Positions 49,207 to 58,362 of a DNA stretch of 64,000 nucleotides are shown one piece after another; position 1 is the stretch's first letter; each line of letters starts with the position of its first letter. This DNA comes from Hydrurus foetidus. Lineage: Eukaryota. A program made the translations under genes and the position numbers. Under the pieces are notes generated by a model. The model searched no databases. It saw only the letters and a program-made list of their open reading frames with translations, and had not been told where the DNA came from. The stretch spans positions 1 to 64,000 of the forward strand of contig UYFQ01000842.1 in NCBI GenBank assembly GCA_900617105.1, written 5' to 3'.

Positions 49207-50223
49207 ATGCCCCGTAAGTCCATCACCCTGAACGAAGTTGCCGCCGCGGCGGGCGTCTCGACCATGACCGCCTCCCGCGCAATCAACCACCAGACCGGCG
49301 TGTCGACCAAAACCCGCGAAGCCATCCTCAAACTGGCGGCGGACATGGGCTATTCGGCCAACCGCAGCGCGCAAAAGTTGTCTACCGGGCGCAACCGCGT
49401 GATTGGCGTGCTGGCCGCAGAGCTGGACAACCCCTTCATCGGCGCGCTGGTGTCCGGCGCGGTGCGCGCGGCGGCCGTGGCGGGGCATGAGGTGCTGATC
49501 TATTCACTGGTAGACCACGCCGGGCACCCCACGGGCAATGTGATGGATTTGTTGCAGCAGTTCACCGACGGAGTGATCGCCGTGTTGCCCTACCAGTTTG
49601 GCTTTGTAGAGCAGCTCTCCGTGGCCATGCACCCGGTCATCACGATTGACCACCACAGCGAGCATTCCGAATTTCCGTCCGTCGCGGCCGACAGCTACGG
49701 CGGCGCCCGCAAGGCCCTGCAACACCTGGCCGACTTGGGGCACACACGCATCGCCTTCCTCACAGGTGACGAAGCCCTGGGGTCGGCCCGGGACCGGCAC
49801 CGCGCCTACGACGATGCCGTCAAACTGATGGACCTGGAGGCCGATGCAACCCTGGTGCTGCAGGGCGACTATTCGCTGCGCGGCGGCCAGGAGGCCGGCC
49901 ACAAGCTGCTCAAGATGCGCAAAAAACCCACCGCTGTTTTTGCTTGCAACGACATGAGCGCGCTAGGCATGATGTCCGTGCTGCAGTCTGCCGGCCTGCG
50001 CGTGCCGGAAGACATTTCCATCGTCGGGTTCGACGACCTGCCCATTGCCAGCCAGATTCACCCCGGCCTGACCACGGTCCGCCAGCCCATTGGCGAAATG
50101 GGGCGCGCCGCGGTCAATGCGTTGCTGACCCTGATTGCCGGCATGGAAGTCGCCAGCGCAGAAATCGTCCTGCCCACCAGCTTGGTCGTGCGCGAATCCA
50201 CCATGGCATTGAAGAAGAAATAA
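49207..50223 (+). CDS. LacI-family transcriptional regulator
   Basis: TLNEVAAAAGVSTMTASRAIN helix-turn-helix; VPEDISIVGFDD; LTTVRQP. Confidence 0.96.
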   Translation: MPRKSITLNEVAAAAGVSTMTASRAINHQTGVSTKTREAILKLAADMGYSANRSAQKLSTGRNRVIGVLAAELDNPFIGALVSGAVRAAAVAGHEVLIYSLVDHAGHPTGNVMDLLQQFTDGVIAVLPYQFGFVEQLSVAMHPVITIDHHSEHSEFPSVAADSYGGARKALQHLADLGHTRIAFLTGDEALGSARDRHRAYDDAVKLMDLEADATLVLQGDYSLRGGQEAGHKLLKMRKKPTAVFACNDMSALGMMSVLQSAGLRVPEDISIVGFDDLPIASQIHPGLTTVRQPIGEMGRAAVNALLTLIAGMEVASAEIVLPTSLVVRESTMALKKK

Positions 50224-50272
50224 GGCTCTAGCCCGCGTGGAATATGCGCCAGCAGCTACTTATTTAATAGCG
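50218..50272 (-). repeat. 55-bp palindromic repeat family, copy 5
   Basis: Minus strand C-GCTATTAAATAAGTAGC-TGCTGGCGC-ATATTCCA-CGCGGGCTAGAGCCTTATTT; contains the stop codons of both convergent neighbours. Confidence 0.88.
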
Positions 50273-50962
50273 CCGCAATGCCACCCGCAGCAGGTAACCG
50301 TGCAGGGCCAGCCAGAGCCAGGGGTCCAGCACCGCGTCCCACACATTGCCCGTGGGCAAGCGCAGCGCGACAAACGCCACCACCGCCAGCGGAACCACCC
50401 AAGCCAAGGGCCGGCTGCCGGTTTGCGAATTGGACAGCACCAGCCCCAGACTTACCCAGGCCACCAGCGCCACCGCCAGCGGACTGAAGCCCCAAGCATA
50501 GAGAGACACGGGCAAGGGCAGCAGCGCAAAGACATCGAACAGCAGCGCCCACCCCAACAGCACACCCGCAAAGGCCAGTGGCGCCAGCCCCCGCACCGGC
50601 GCGGGGGTGCGCCGCGTGGCCCAGGCTGGCGGCGGCTTGCGCAGGCGCCGCAACAGCAGGCGGATGCACAGCAGCACCAGCACGACACTGGGCTGCTGAA
50701 ATGCCAGCCCCAGCCAGTAGGCCGGGGACCAGGGGTCGGGCAGCCACATGCTGGCCAGCACCAGCGCCGCCACCGTGAGCACGGCGGCACGGTAGGGCGT
50801 CCACCAGCCTACCAGCACACAGCCCAGCCACGCCAGCACCACGCCCCAGCCCAGGTGCAGCCAGCCTTGGGTTAGCTCCAGCGAAGGCAGGGCCGGCGCA
50901 TCAGTCGCCACCACGGTGCTGACCAGGTGCAGCAGTCCGTTGATCAGGCTGTCTGGGCTCAT
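50264..50962 (-). CDS. Hypothetical polytopic membrane protein
   Basis: Several hydrophobic segments; C-terminal NVWDAVLDPWLW; ATG overlaps the upstream stop. Confidence 0.75.
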   Translation of the reverse strand: MSPDSLINGLLHLVSTVVATDAPALPSLELTQGWLHLGWGVVLAWLGCVLVGWWTPYRAAVLTVAALVLASMWLPDPWSPAYWLGLAFQQPSVVLVLLCIRLLLRRLRKPPPAWATRRTPAPVRGLAPLAFAGVLLGWALLFDVFALLPLPVSLYAWGFSPLAVALVAWVSLGLVLSNSQTGSRPLAWVVPLAVVAFVALRLPTGNVWDAVLDPWLWLALHGYLLRVALRRY

Positions 50963-52131
50963 GGCTTGCCTCCTGCATGGGCGGGGGCAAAGCGCTGCCA
51001 GGCCAGGCGCCGCCGGTCCACGGTGTAGCTCACCCACAGGTTGCCATCGGCCCAGGCCAGCGCGGGGTAAGAAAATTCTTCCTCACCACCGCCTTTCTCC
51101 AAGGTCTGCAGCAGGCTCCAGTGCACGCCGTCGCTGCTGCGGCTCAGATCGAGCTGGGCGCGCGTGCCCACAGAGGAGTTGTGCGCCAGCAGCAGTTGCC
51201 CCGGCGCCAGTGCCAGGCCGCCCACCGAGGCGTCGGGGTTGTCCAGTGCCAAATCTGGCAGGTCACGCCAGTGTTTGCCAGCATCGTCGGTTTGCGCGGC
51301 GAGCACCCTGCCTTGCCCGCGTTCGTCCCGCAGCAGCGCCAACCATTGCGTGGGAGATTGCGCCAGCAAGGTAGGCTGCAGCGCATAGCGCCGGGTGGAC
51401 ATGCGCACCATGCCTTTGAAGTTGCCATCGGCATCGAAGCGCAGTGCCGCCGGGTATTTGATGCCGAGCTCGAAATGCACGGGCAGCACCATGCCGCCAT
51501 CGGCCAAAGGCAGCGGCGCGTTGCGCACCAGGTAGCTGGTATTCCACAACCATGACAGCGGCAGCACGCCCACGGGCTCAAAGCGCAGGTCCTGCAGGTT
51601 TTGCAGTGCGCTGCTCTGGCGCAGGTGCAGCACCCGGCTGGCGGCCCAGCCGCCCCAGCCGGTGGCCACCACAAACAGATGGATGCGGCCCTGGCCATCA
51701 CGCCAGGCCACGGGGTTACCCAAGCGGCGCAGGCCAAAGCCGATGTCATCCCCCATCGTGTGGCGGTTCACCACAAAGCGAGGGGCCGACCAGGCCTGCG
51801 TGGCGCGATCAAACTGCGAGGCCGCAATCTGCACCAGCGGCCCACTCTCGCGCTCACCCGAGAACCAGAACACGGTGAGCGCAAACGGGCTGTCCGGCGG
51901 CATCACCAGCAGGCTGCTGGCATGGGCCGCAGCAGTGTCCGGCGGCATGGGTATGGCGCCCTGCGCCACCCGGTGCAGGCTGGCCGCCACGGGCGGCGCA
52001 CCCGCCACCACGGGCAATACGGCCTGCGCCGACACCGGCGCGGCAGGCCGCTGCGCCCACTCGGCCGCCAACACGACCGCAGCGATGGTCAGAGCACCCA
52101 GCCCGCGGAAGAAACGCGATGAAAGCAACAT
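50959..52131 (-). CDS. BNR/Asp-box beta-propeller protein (sialidase-like)
   Basis: N-terminal hydrophobic segment; AHASSL, WFSGERE, Asp boxes TDDAGKHW / SSDGVHW, FSYP. Confidence 0.8.
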   Translation of the reverse strand: MLLSSRFFRGLGALTIAAVVLAAEWAQRPAAPVSAQAVLPVVAGAPPVAASLHRVAQGAIPMPPDTAAAHASSLLVMPPDSPFALTVFWFSGERESGPLVQIAASQFDRATQAWSAPRFVVNRHTMGDDIGFGLRRLGNPVAWRDGQGRIHLFVVATGWGGWAASRVLHLRQSSALQNLQDLRFEPVGVLPLSWLWNTSYLVRNAPLPLADGGMVLPVHFELGIKYPAALRFDADGNFKGMVRMSTRRYALQPTLLAQSPTQWLALLRDERGQGRVLAAQTDDAGKHWRDLPDLALDNPDASVGGLALAPGQLLLAHNSSVGTRAQLDLSRSSDGVHWSLLQTLEKGGGEEEFSYPALAWADGNLWVSYTVDRRRLAWQRFAPAHAGGKP

Positions 52132-52263
52132 CTGCCGATCTTAGTGGCAGGGATGTGGACATTCGGCCTGGCGCCCGCAAAAAAGCAGCGCGGCCGGAGA
52201 CAATGGAGCGCTTCCCGCTGACCCGACCACGTTTTTGATCACCTTTCATCTGGGGTTTTCTGC

Positions 52264-53277
52264 ATGTCCACCATCCTCTCGCTCGCGCCGCTCAGTTTCC
52301 CCTGGCAAACGATTGACCCGTTTTTGTTCTGCGTGCACCACAACGACGCCTACCCGGCCGGAGACACCCACATGGCGCCCCAAGCCTCATTGGCCGGCCG
52401 CAATATTGGCCAGGACTTTGCGGGCAAAGACGGCTGGAGCATGTACCACGGCGACACCGTGCCAGGCTTCCCTTCGCACCCGCACCGCGGCTTCGAGACC
52501 GTGACCATCGTGCGTCGCGGACTGATCGACCACTCCGACTCGCTGGGCGCCACCGCGCGCTTTGGCGGTGGGGATGTGCAGTGGCTCACTGCCGGCAAGG
52601 GCATCGTGCACTGCGAGATGTTTCCCCTGGTGCACGCCGATCAGCCCAACCCCACCGAGCTGTTCCAGATCTGGCTGAACCTGCCCGCCAAACACAAGAT
52701 GGTGGAGCCGCACTTCACCATGTTCTGGCACGAGAGCATTCCGCGCACCACCGCCACCGATGCGAATGGCCGCACCACCGAGGTGGTATGCATTGCCGGC
52801 GCGCTGGGCGACCAGCAAGGCCTGCCGCCACCGCCCGACTCTTGGGCCAGTGAGGCCGACAGCGAACTGGCGATGTACACCATCAAGCTCAGCCCCGGCT
52901 CGACCTGGACGCTACCCGGTGCCCGCAACGCTGCCACCCGGCGCCAGCTGTATTTCTTCCAGGGCAACACGCTCACCGTGGCGGGCGAATCGGTGCCTGT
53001 CAAATCGGTGATGGAAGTGCGCGCGACAGACGACTGCACCTTCGTGAACGGCGATGCGGAAAGCGAACTGCTGGTGTTGCAAGGCCGCCCGATTGGCGAG
53101 CCCGTCGCGCAGTACGGCCCATTTGTGATGAACACCCAAGCAGAGATCCAACAGGCCTTTGCCGACTACCGCCGCACCGAGTTTGGCGGCTGGCCCTGGG
53201 ATGCCAATGACCCGGTGCACCCGCGCGACCAAGGCCGCTTTGCCAAGCATGCGGATGGCAAGCTGGAAAAACGCTAA
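52264..53277 (+). CDS. Pirin family protein
   Basis: GFPSHPHRGFETVT, WLTAGKGIVHCE, QIWLNLP, GPFVMN. Confidence 0.95.
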   Translation: MSTILSLAPLSFPWQTIDPFLFCVHHNDAYPAGDTHMAPQASLAGRNIGQDFAGKDGWSMYHGDTVPGFPSHPHRGFETVTIVRRGLIDHSDSLGATARFGGGDVQWLTAGKGIVHCEMFPLVHADQPNPTELFQIWLNLPAKHKMVEPHFTMFWHESIPRTTATDANGRTTEVVCIAGALGDQQGLPPPPDSWASEADSELAMYTIKLSPGSTWTLPGARNAATRRQLYFFQGNTLTVAGESVPVKSVMEVRATDDCTFVNGDAESELLVLQGRPIGEPVAQYGPFVMNTQAEIQQAFADYRRTEFGGWPWDANDPVHPRDQGRFAKHADGKLEKR

Positions 53278-53283
53278 AGGACG

Positions 53284-53934
53284 CTAGCCCTTCTTCGCGT
53301 TCACCCCAAACGCATCCACCAGCCCCGCCATCTCAGCACCGGCCTCGGTGCCCAGGCCCTGCAGCCCCTGCTGCACGGTCACCTGGTTGGCTTCGGGCTG
53401 GTTCTGGCTGACCTTCCATTTGCCAAACAGCGCATCGATGGGAATCTCAATCCCGACTACGGCGCCCAGCAGCTTGTCGGTGTAACCGGGCGGGGCATCG
53501 TCCACGCGCCAGGGGTGCACCATGCCGGCCTCCTGCTGGCCGGTCAGCTCCACCATTTGGGCCCGTATCCAGGCCGCGTCGTCGCGAACCTGCAGCGTGC
53601 CCTTGGCATGCACCACCGCATAGTTCCACGTAGGCACCACCTTGCCGTGCTCGGCCTTGCTGGCATACCAGCCGGGGCTGATGTAGTGCTGTGGACCCTG
53701 GAAGATGGCCAACACCGGCATGGCCAGATCGGCGTCGCGCCACAGGCGGTTGGCGCGTGCCACGTGGCCCACCAGCGTGGGGCGTTCCACACCCTGGGTG
53801 CGCAATTACAGAGGAATGTGGTTCGCCTCCAACCCCTGGGCCGTCAGCGTCACCAGCGTGGCCAGCGGGTGGCTGCGCAGCAGCGCGTGCAGCACCTCGG
53901 CGCGGGTTTCTTCAAATTGGCTGTTGTTGTACAT
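53284..53934 (-). pseudogene. PaiB-type FMN-binding protein with an in-frame TAA at codon 43
   Basis: MYNNSQFEE..HPLATLVT..ANHIPL-TAA(53806-53808)-LRT..GHVARAN..YISPGWY..VPTWNY..GKWKVSQN, all in one frame. Confidence 0.75.
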
Positions 53935-53944
53935 GGGCCCTCGC

Positions 53945-56900
53945 CTACTGCATGGTCAGGTTCAGCTCGGCCTGGGGCTTGGCGTCTGCGGCACGGCCGG
54001 TGGTCTTGGTGGCACCCAGGAACAGGCGCTCGGCCGGCACCTTCTGCGTGGCCAGGTAGTCCTTCACCACCACGCCGCGTTGCAGCGCCAGTTCGCGGAT
54101 GGTGTCGCCGCTGACCGTGATGTTGGCCAGCAGCAGGGCCTCCATGTCGGGCACCTCGATATCCTTGGTCAGCCCTACCAGGTTGCGCGGCTTGGTGATG
54201 TCCGCGCGACGGTACACGGCGCGCAGCAGCGCGGACATTTCTTCCGGCGTGTAGCCCGCCACGGTTGCGGCGTCTTCCCCCTGGCCGCTGGCGCGACGCC
54301 GCTTCTCGGCCAGCAGCAGGCCCCTGAGTTTCTCGCGCTTGACGGCTTCGCGTTCGGCCTCCAGCTGGGCCTGACCCACCACGGTGAGCGTGAGTGCGGG
54401 GCGATCCACCAGCGCCTTGGCCACCTTGTCCAGGCCGGTGCGCGCAGCATCGCTGAGCACGCCGCTGCCAGGGGCAAACGCCACCGTGCTGAGCTCTGAA
54501 CTGCTGCCACCACCAAAGGCATTGGCCAGCAAGCTGAAGGGCGAGGTAATGGCCTTGACCACCAGGTTGGTGATGACTTTCCAGATTACCGGGCCGATGC
54601 GGAACTGCGGGTCGTTCAGTGAGCCGCTGATGGGCAGATCCAGGTCGATCACGCCGTTGCGGTCGGCCAGCAGGGCCACCGCCAGTTTCACCGGCAGGCT
54701 GTTGGGCGCTCCCTCCACCTTGTCGCCAAAGCTCAGTTGGTTCAGCACCAGCTTGTTGCTGGCGGTGAGCTGACCGTCGGGTTGCACCGCGTAGCGCACG
54801 TCCACACTGAGCTTGCCGCGTTCGATGCCGTAGCCCGCGTACTTCACGGCGTAAGGCGAGAGCGGCGGCAGCTCCAGGTCGCGCACCTTGCCTGCAATGT
54901 CCAGCGCCAGCGGCTTGGCCAGCGGATTCAGCTTGCCCGTGATCTCCAGCGAGGCCGTACCTTCGGCGCGACCGCGCAGTTCGAGGTCGGCCAGCTGCAC
55001 CACGCCACTGCTGGGCTGGCTGGAGAACTGGCTGAGCTTGCCGGTCAGGTCGCTCAGGTCGGCCGTGTAGTTGGGCTGGATAAAGCGGTCCGAGAACAAC
55101 ACCTTGCCGTTCACCAGGCTGATGGGGCCTACGGTGATGATGGCGTCGGGTGCTGCATGGGTGGGGCCTGCCGCTGCGGCCGCTGCGGCAGGCCCGGCAG
55201 GCGCGGGCGTCTTCATCAGTTCCTGCAGGTTCAGGCGCCCCGCGGGACTGACGATGAGGCGGGCATAGAAATCGGACAACGCGGCCTCGCGCACCGCCAC
55301 GCGGGTGGCGGCGCCTGGCACCATGACCAGGTCGATGCCGGGCACGTTGAGTGCCTTCCAGCTCAGCAGCTCTTCGGCAAAGCCACCGCTTGGGCCCTGT
55401 ACGGTGTTGGCGCGGAAGTCGTCCAGCTGGGCATCGCCCTTGAGCGCCATGTCAGGCCCGTTGGGTGTGCTGGCAAAGCGCAGCTGACCCTTGAAGCTGG
55501 CATCGGCGCGCAGCACGTCCAGGTTGATCTGGTCGGCAAAGTAGGGGACCAGCGCATGCAGCGGCAAATCCTGCAGCGCCACACTGCCCTGGGCCTGCAC
55601 CGGGTCCCAGGCGGCGGTGCCCTGGTAACGCAGGCTGCCGGCCTCGGCCTGGCCCGATTTCACGCGCGCGCTCAGCGTGAGCAGCACCGGCTTTTTGCCA
55701 TCCAGCTGCGCGTCCTTCAGCAGCAGGTTCAGTGCCGACACCTCCAGCCGCACCGGGCGGTTGTGGGTGCGGTCGGACACCACGGCGCTGGCGTCCTGCA
55801 CATTCAGTTCGCCCAGTGCCACCTTCCAGGGCGGCGTTGCTACGGTGGCTGGTTTGTCCTTTGCGGGCTTCAGCCAGCTCTGGAAAATCCACTGCCCATC
55901 GGCCTCGCGCCGCACACCGGAGCTGGCACGTTGCAGCAGCACCTTGCCCACGCGGGCGGTGCGCGCCGTGGGGTCGGCCTGTACATCAGTGATCTCCAGC
56001 AGCTTGAACTGCGGCAGGTCGGACGACGAAGGGCCGTTGGCCGTGCGGGCGATGCGATCGCCCGCCACGGGCTGGGTGGCCACCAGGCCTGCATCGCGCA
56101 CAGCCAGGCGCTGCGCCGTGACCGTGACCTGCTCGCCTTGCCAGCTGGCGCCCAGTTGGGCATCCAGCAGGCCGCGCACCGCAGGCTCCAGAAACTGCGC
56201 CGTATAAGGCGCGGCCAGTGCCAGCGACATGTCATTCACCGTGGCCTGGACTCGGCCCTGCTGCAGCGTGCCGTCCAGTTTGAAGGCCAGGCGCGCCGCC
56301 GTGCCCTTGCCCGGCACCGTGGCCGAGCCTTCGGCAGTGACCGGCTTGTCCATGGGCCATTGCAGGCCCTGGGCGGTGAACGCCACGTCCGCCAGGGCCA
56401 GCTTGGCCGCAGGCTGGGTCTGCTGGTCCAGCCAGTCCACCGTGCCACCCGTCAGGGCCAGGCGCTCCAGCTGCAGCGTCCAGGGTGCGGGGGCCGCTGC
56501 GGCAGGCGTTTTAGCATCTTTTTGGCCTGTAGCCCCCGTGGAATATGCGCGAGCAGCTCCTTTTTTAGGAGCACTCTCCGCTGGCTTGCCACTGGCCAGG
56601 TCCAGATTCAGGTGACCGTTGCGGGCACGTACCACCTGCAGGTGCGGGTTGGTGACCGTGATGGCAGAGAGCTTGACGATCTGCTCCAGCGGTCGCACAT
56701 CGGCCACCTCGGTACGCACCGTGTCTACCGCCAGCAGCGGCGCACCTGCCGCATCGGCCACGGCGAGCTGGCTGACCGTCACCACGCCCGACAGGCTGAC
56801 CGAGGCTTGCGGGGTCTGCACAAAACCGATCTTGAGCTCGGCGTTCACCACCGCGCTTTGCGGTTTTACTGGCAGGCTGGCTGGCAAATAGGACAGGTAC

Positions 56901-57613
56901 GGTTTCAAGTCGAACTGACTGATCTTGAGCTGCGCCTCGCCCTTGCGGGTCTGGGCAAACGGCGTGCCCTGGGCCGCCGTGTCAAACGCGCTGCCATTGA
57001 GCACAAAGGCCAGGCGCGGCGACACCAGCACATCGCGCTGCGAATCAAAGTTGCTGAGGAAGGGGACGCTGATCTGCAGATCCCGCAGCGTGTGCTGGCG
57101 TGCCGGTCCCTTGGCGCTCTGGTCTGCGTAGTCCACACTGCCCCCGCTAAGCGTGACGTTGTACACCGCAAAGCGCGGTAGCGGTCCGGTCGGCGTGTCC
57201 GACGGCGCGCTCAGACGTTGCAGGATGTCGTCGATGTCATAGCGGCCGTCACCCAGGTGGGTGAGCTGCAGCTTGGGGCCTTCCACCGCCACTGCATCGA
57301 CCACGGGCGCCAGGCGCAGCAGCGACTGCAGCTCGGCATCCACATAGATGCGCGCCACGCTGAACTGAGGGCCACTGCCATCGGCCTTGGCCACGGCCAG
57401 GTCACGCAGCGTAAGCTCCAGTGACCAGGGCGCAAAGTCCACCGCCCCCACCGTGACCGTGCGGCCCAACAGCGCCGAAAGCCGGGTCTGGGCCTGGCTT
57501 TTAAGCAGCGGCGGCACCGCCAGCCAGGCCAGGACCCAAAGCAGCAGCAGTCCCCCGGCCGTCCAGGCGATACGGCGCAACCAGGTCAGCGTACGTGGGG
57601 AGAAAGAGGTCAT
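53945..57613 (-). CDS. DUF748 domain-containing protein (AsmA-like) with OmpA-like C-terminus
   Basis: N-terminal TM; repeated beta-rich units; SPYAVKYAGYGIERGKL; LPVKLAVALLADRNGVIDLDLPISGSLNDP. Confidence 0.88.
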   Translation of the reverse strand: MTSFSPRTLTWLRRIAWTAGGLLLLWVLAWLAVPPLLKSQAQTRLSALLGRTVTVGAVDFAPWSLELTLRDLAVAKADGSGPQFSVARIYVDAELQSLLRLAPVVDAVAVEGPKLQLTHLGDGRYDIDDILQRLSAPSDTPTGPLPRFAVYNVTLSGGSVDYADQSAKGPARQHTLRDLQISVPFLSNFDSQRDVLVSPRLAFVLNGSAFDTAAQGTPFAQTRKGEAQLKISQFDLKPYLSYLPASLPVKPQSAVVNAELKIGFVQTPQASVSLSGVVTVSQLAVADAAGAPLLAVDTVRTEVADVRPLEQIVKLSAITVTNPHLQVVRARNGHLNLDLASGKPAESAPKKGAARAYSTGATGQKDAKTPAAAAPAPWTLQLERLALTGGTVDWLDQQTQPAAKLALADVAFTAQGLQWPMDKPVTAEGSATVPGKGTAARLAFKLDGTLQQGRVQATVNDMSLALAAPYTAQFLEPAVRGLLDAQLGASWQGEQVTVTAQRLAVRDAGLVATQPVAGDRIARTANGPSSSDLPQFKLLEITDVQADPTARTARVGKVLLQRASSGVRREADGQWIFQSWLKPAKDKPATVATPPWKVALGELNVQDASAVVSDRTHNRPVRLEVSALNLLLKDAQLDGKKPVLLTLSARVKSGQAEAGSLRYQGTAAWDPVQAQGSVALQDLPLHALVPYFADQINLDVLRADASFKGQLRFASTPNGPDMALKGDAQLDDFRANTVQGPSGGFAEELLSWKALNVPGIDLVMVPGAATRVAVREAALSDFYARLIVSPAGRLNLQELMKTPAPAGPAAAAAAAGPTHAAPDAIITVGPISLVNGKVLFSDRFIQPNYTADLSDLTGKLSQFSSQPSSGVVQLADLELRGRAEGTASLEITGKLNPLAKPLALDIAGKVRDLELPPLSPYAVKYAGYGIERGKLSVDVRYAVQPDGQLTASNKLVLNQLSFGDKVEGAPNSLPVKLAVALLADRNGVIDLDLPISGSLNDPQFRIGPVIWKVITNLVVKAITSPFSLLANAFGGGSSSELSTVAFAPGSGVLSDAARTGLDKVAKALVDRPALTLTVVGQAQLEAEREAVKREKLRGLLLAEKRRRASGQGEDAATVAGYTPEEMSALLRAVYRRADITKPRNLVGLTKDIEVPDMEALLLANITVSGDTIRELALQRGVVVKDYLATQKVPAERLFLGATKTTGRAADAKPQAELNLTMQ
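56519..56573 (-). repeat. 55-bp palindromic repeat family, copy 6 (in frame inside the DUF748 gene)
   Basis: Minus strand T-GCTCCTAAAAAAGGAGC-TGCTCGCGC-ATATTCCA-CGGGGGCTACAGGCCAAAAA; encodes APKKGAARAYSTGATGQK. Confidence 0.87.
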
Positions 57614-57764
57614 GGCAAAACGGTTCCGTAAAGGCTTCAACAGGGCAGCAGCCTGCCTGGCTGTGATGGTAACGGGCTGCAGCGACAACCACAGGCTTTG
57701 ATCTGCATCAAGTGCGCAGGCCCATCACCGTGGGAAGCTTGCGCAGCCACTTCGGAGACTCGCC

Positions 57765-58349
57765 ATGCCCCGCAACAGCCTGCAAACCATCAAAGACGAA
57801 CACGCGGCCCTGCGTGCCATGCTGCAATCGCTGATTTTGATGATGGACCGAGGGCCGGGGGACGAGCCCGAGTGCTTCTTCGATGTGCTGCGTGCCATGC
57901 TGTTCTACATCGATGAATTCCCCGAGAAGCTGCACCACCCCAAAGAATCCAACTTGCTATTTCCCCGCGTAGCACGGCTTGCCCCGCAGACCATGGAGGT
58001 GATCGTGCAACTGGAACAAGACCACGCCCACAGCGAGTCCGCGGTACGCGAGCTGCAGCACCTGCTGCTGGCTTGGGAGCTGGTGGGCGACAGCCGCCAC
58101 GCCGCCTTTGACACCGCCGTGCGCCGCTATGTTGACGCCTACCTGGCTCACATGCGACTGGAAGAAACCGCCATCCTGCCCGTTGCCCAGTCCGTATTGA
58201 CCCAGACCGACTGGGCCGAGCTGGACGCTGCCTTTGCCACCAACTGCGACCCGCTGACCGGCAAGCAACCGCGCGACCCGGTCTACGACCGGCTGTTCAC
58301 CCGCATCGTCATGCGCGCCCCCGCGCCGATTGGTGTGGGCGAGGGCTGA
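57765..58349 (+). CDS. Hemerythrin/HHE cation-binding domain protein
   Basis: EH..L, HHPKE..LFP, EQDH and HMRLEE..ILP motifs. Confidence 0.88.
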   Translation: MPRNSLQTIKDEHAALRAMLQSLILMMDRGPGDEPECFFDVLRAMLFYIDEFPEKLHHPKESNLLFPRVARLAPQTMEVIVQLEQDHAHSESAVRELQHLLLAWELVGDSRHAAFDTAVRRYVDAYLAHMRLEETAILPVAQSVLTQTDWAELDAAFATNCDPLTGKQPRDPVYDRLFTRIVMRAPAPIGVGEG

Positions 58350-58362
58350 AACCCGCGCACGG

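Noticed and set aside
11712..56573. The six repeats as a CRISPR array or integron attC sites
   Set aside because: Dispersed, in both orientations, with no spacers, no cas genes or integrase, and no GTTRRRY/RYYYAAC ends.
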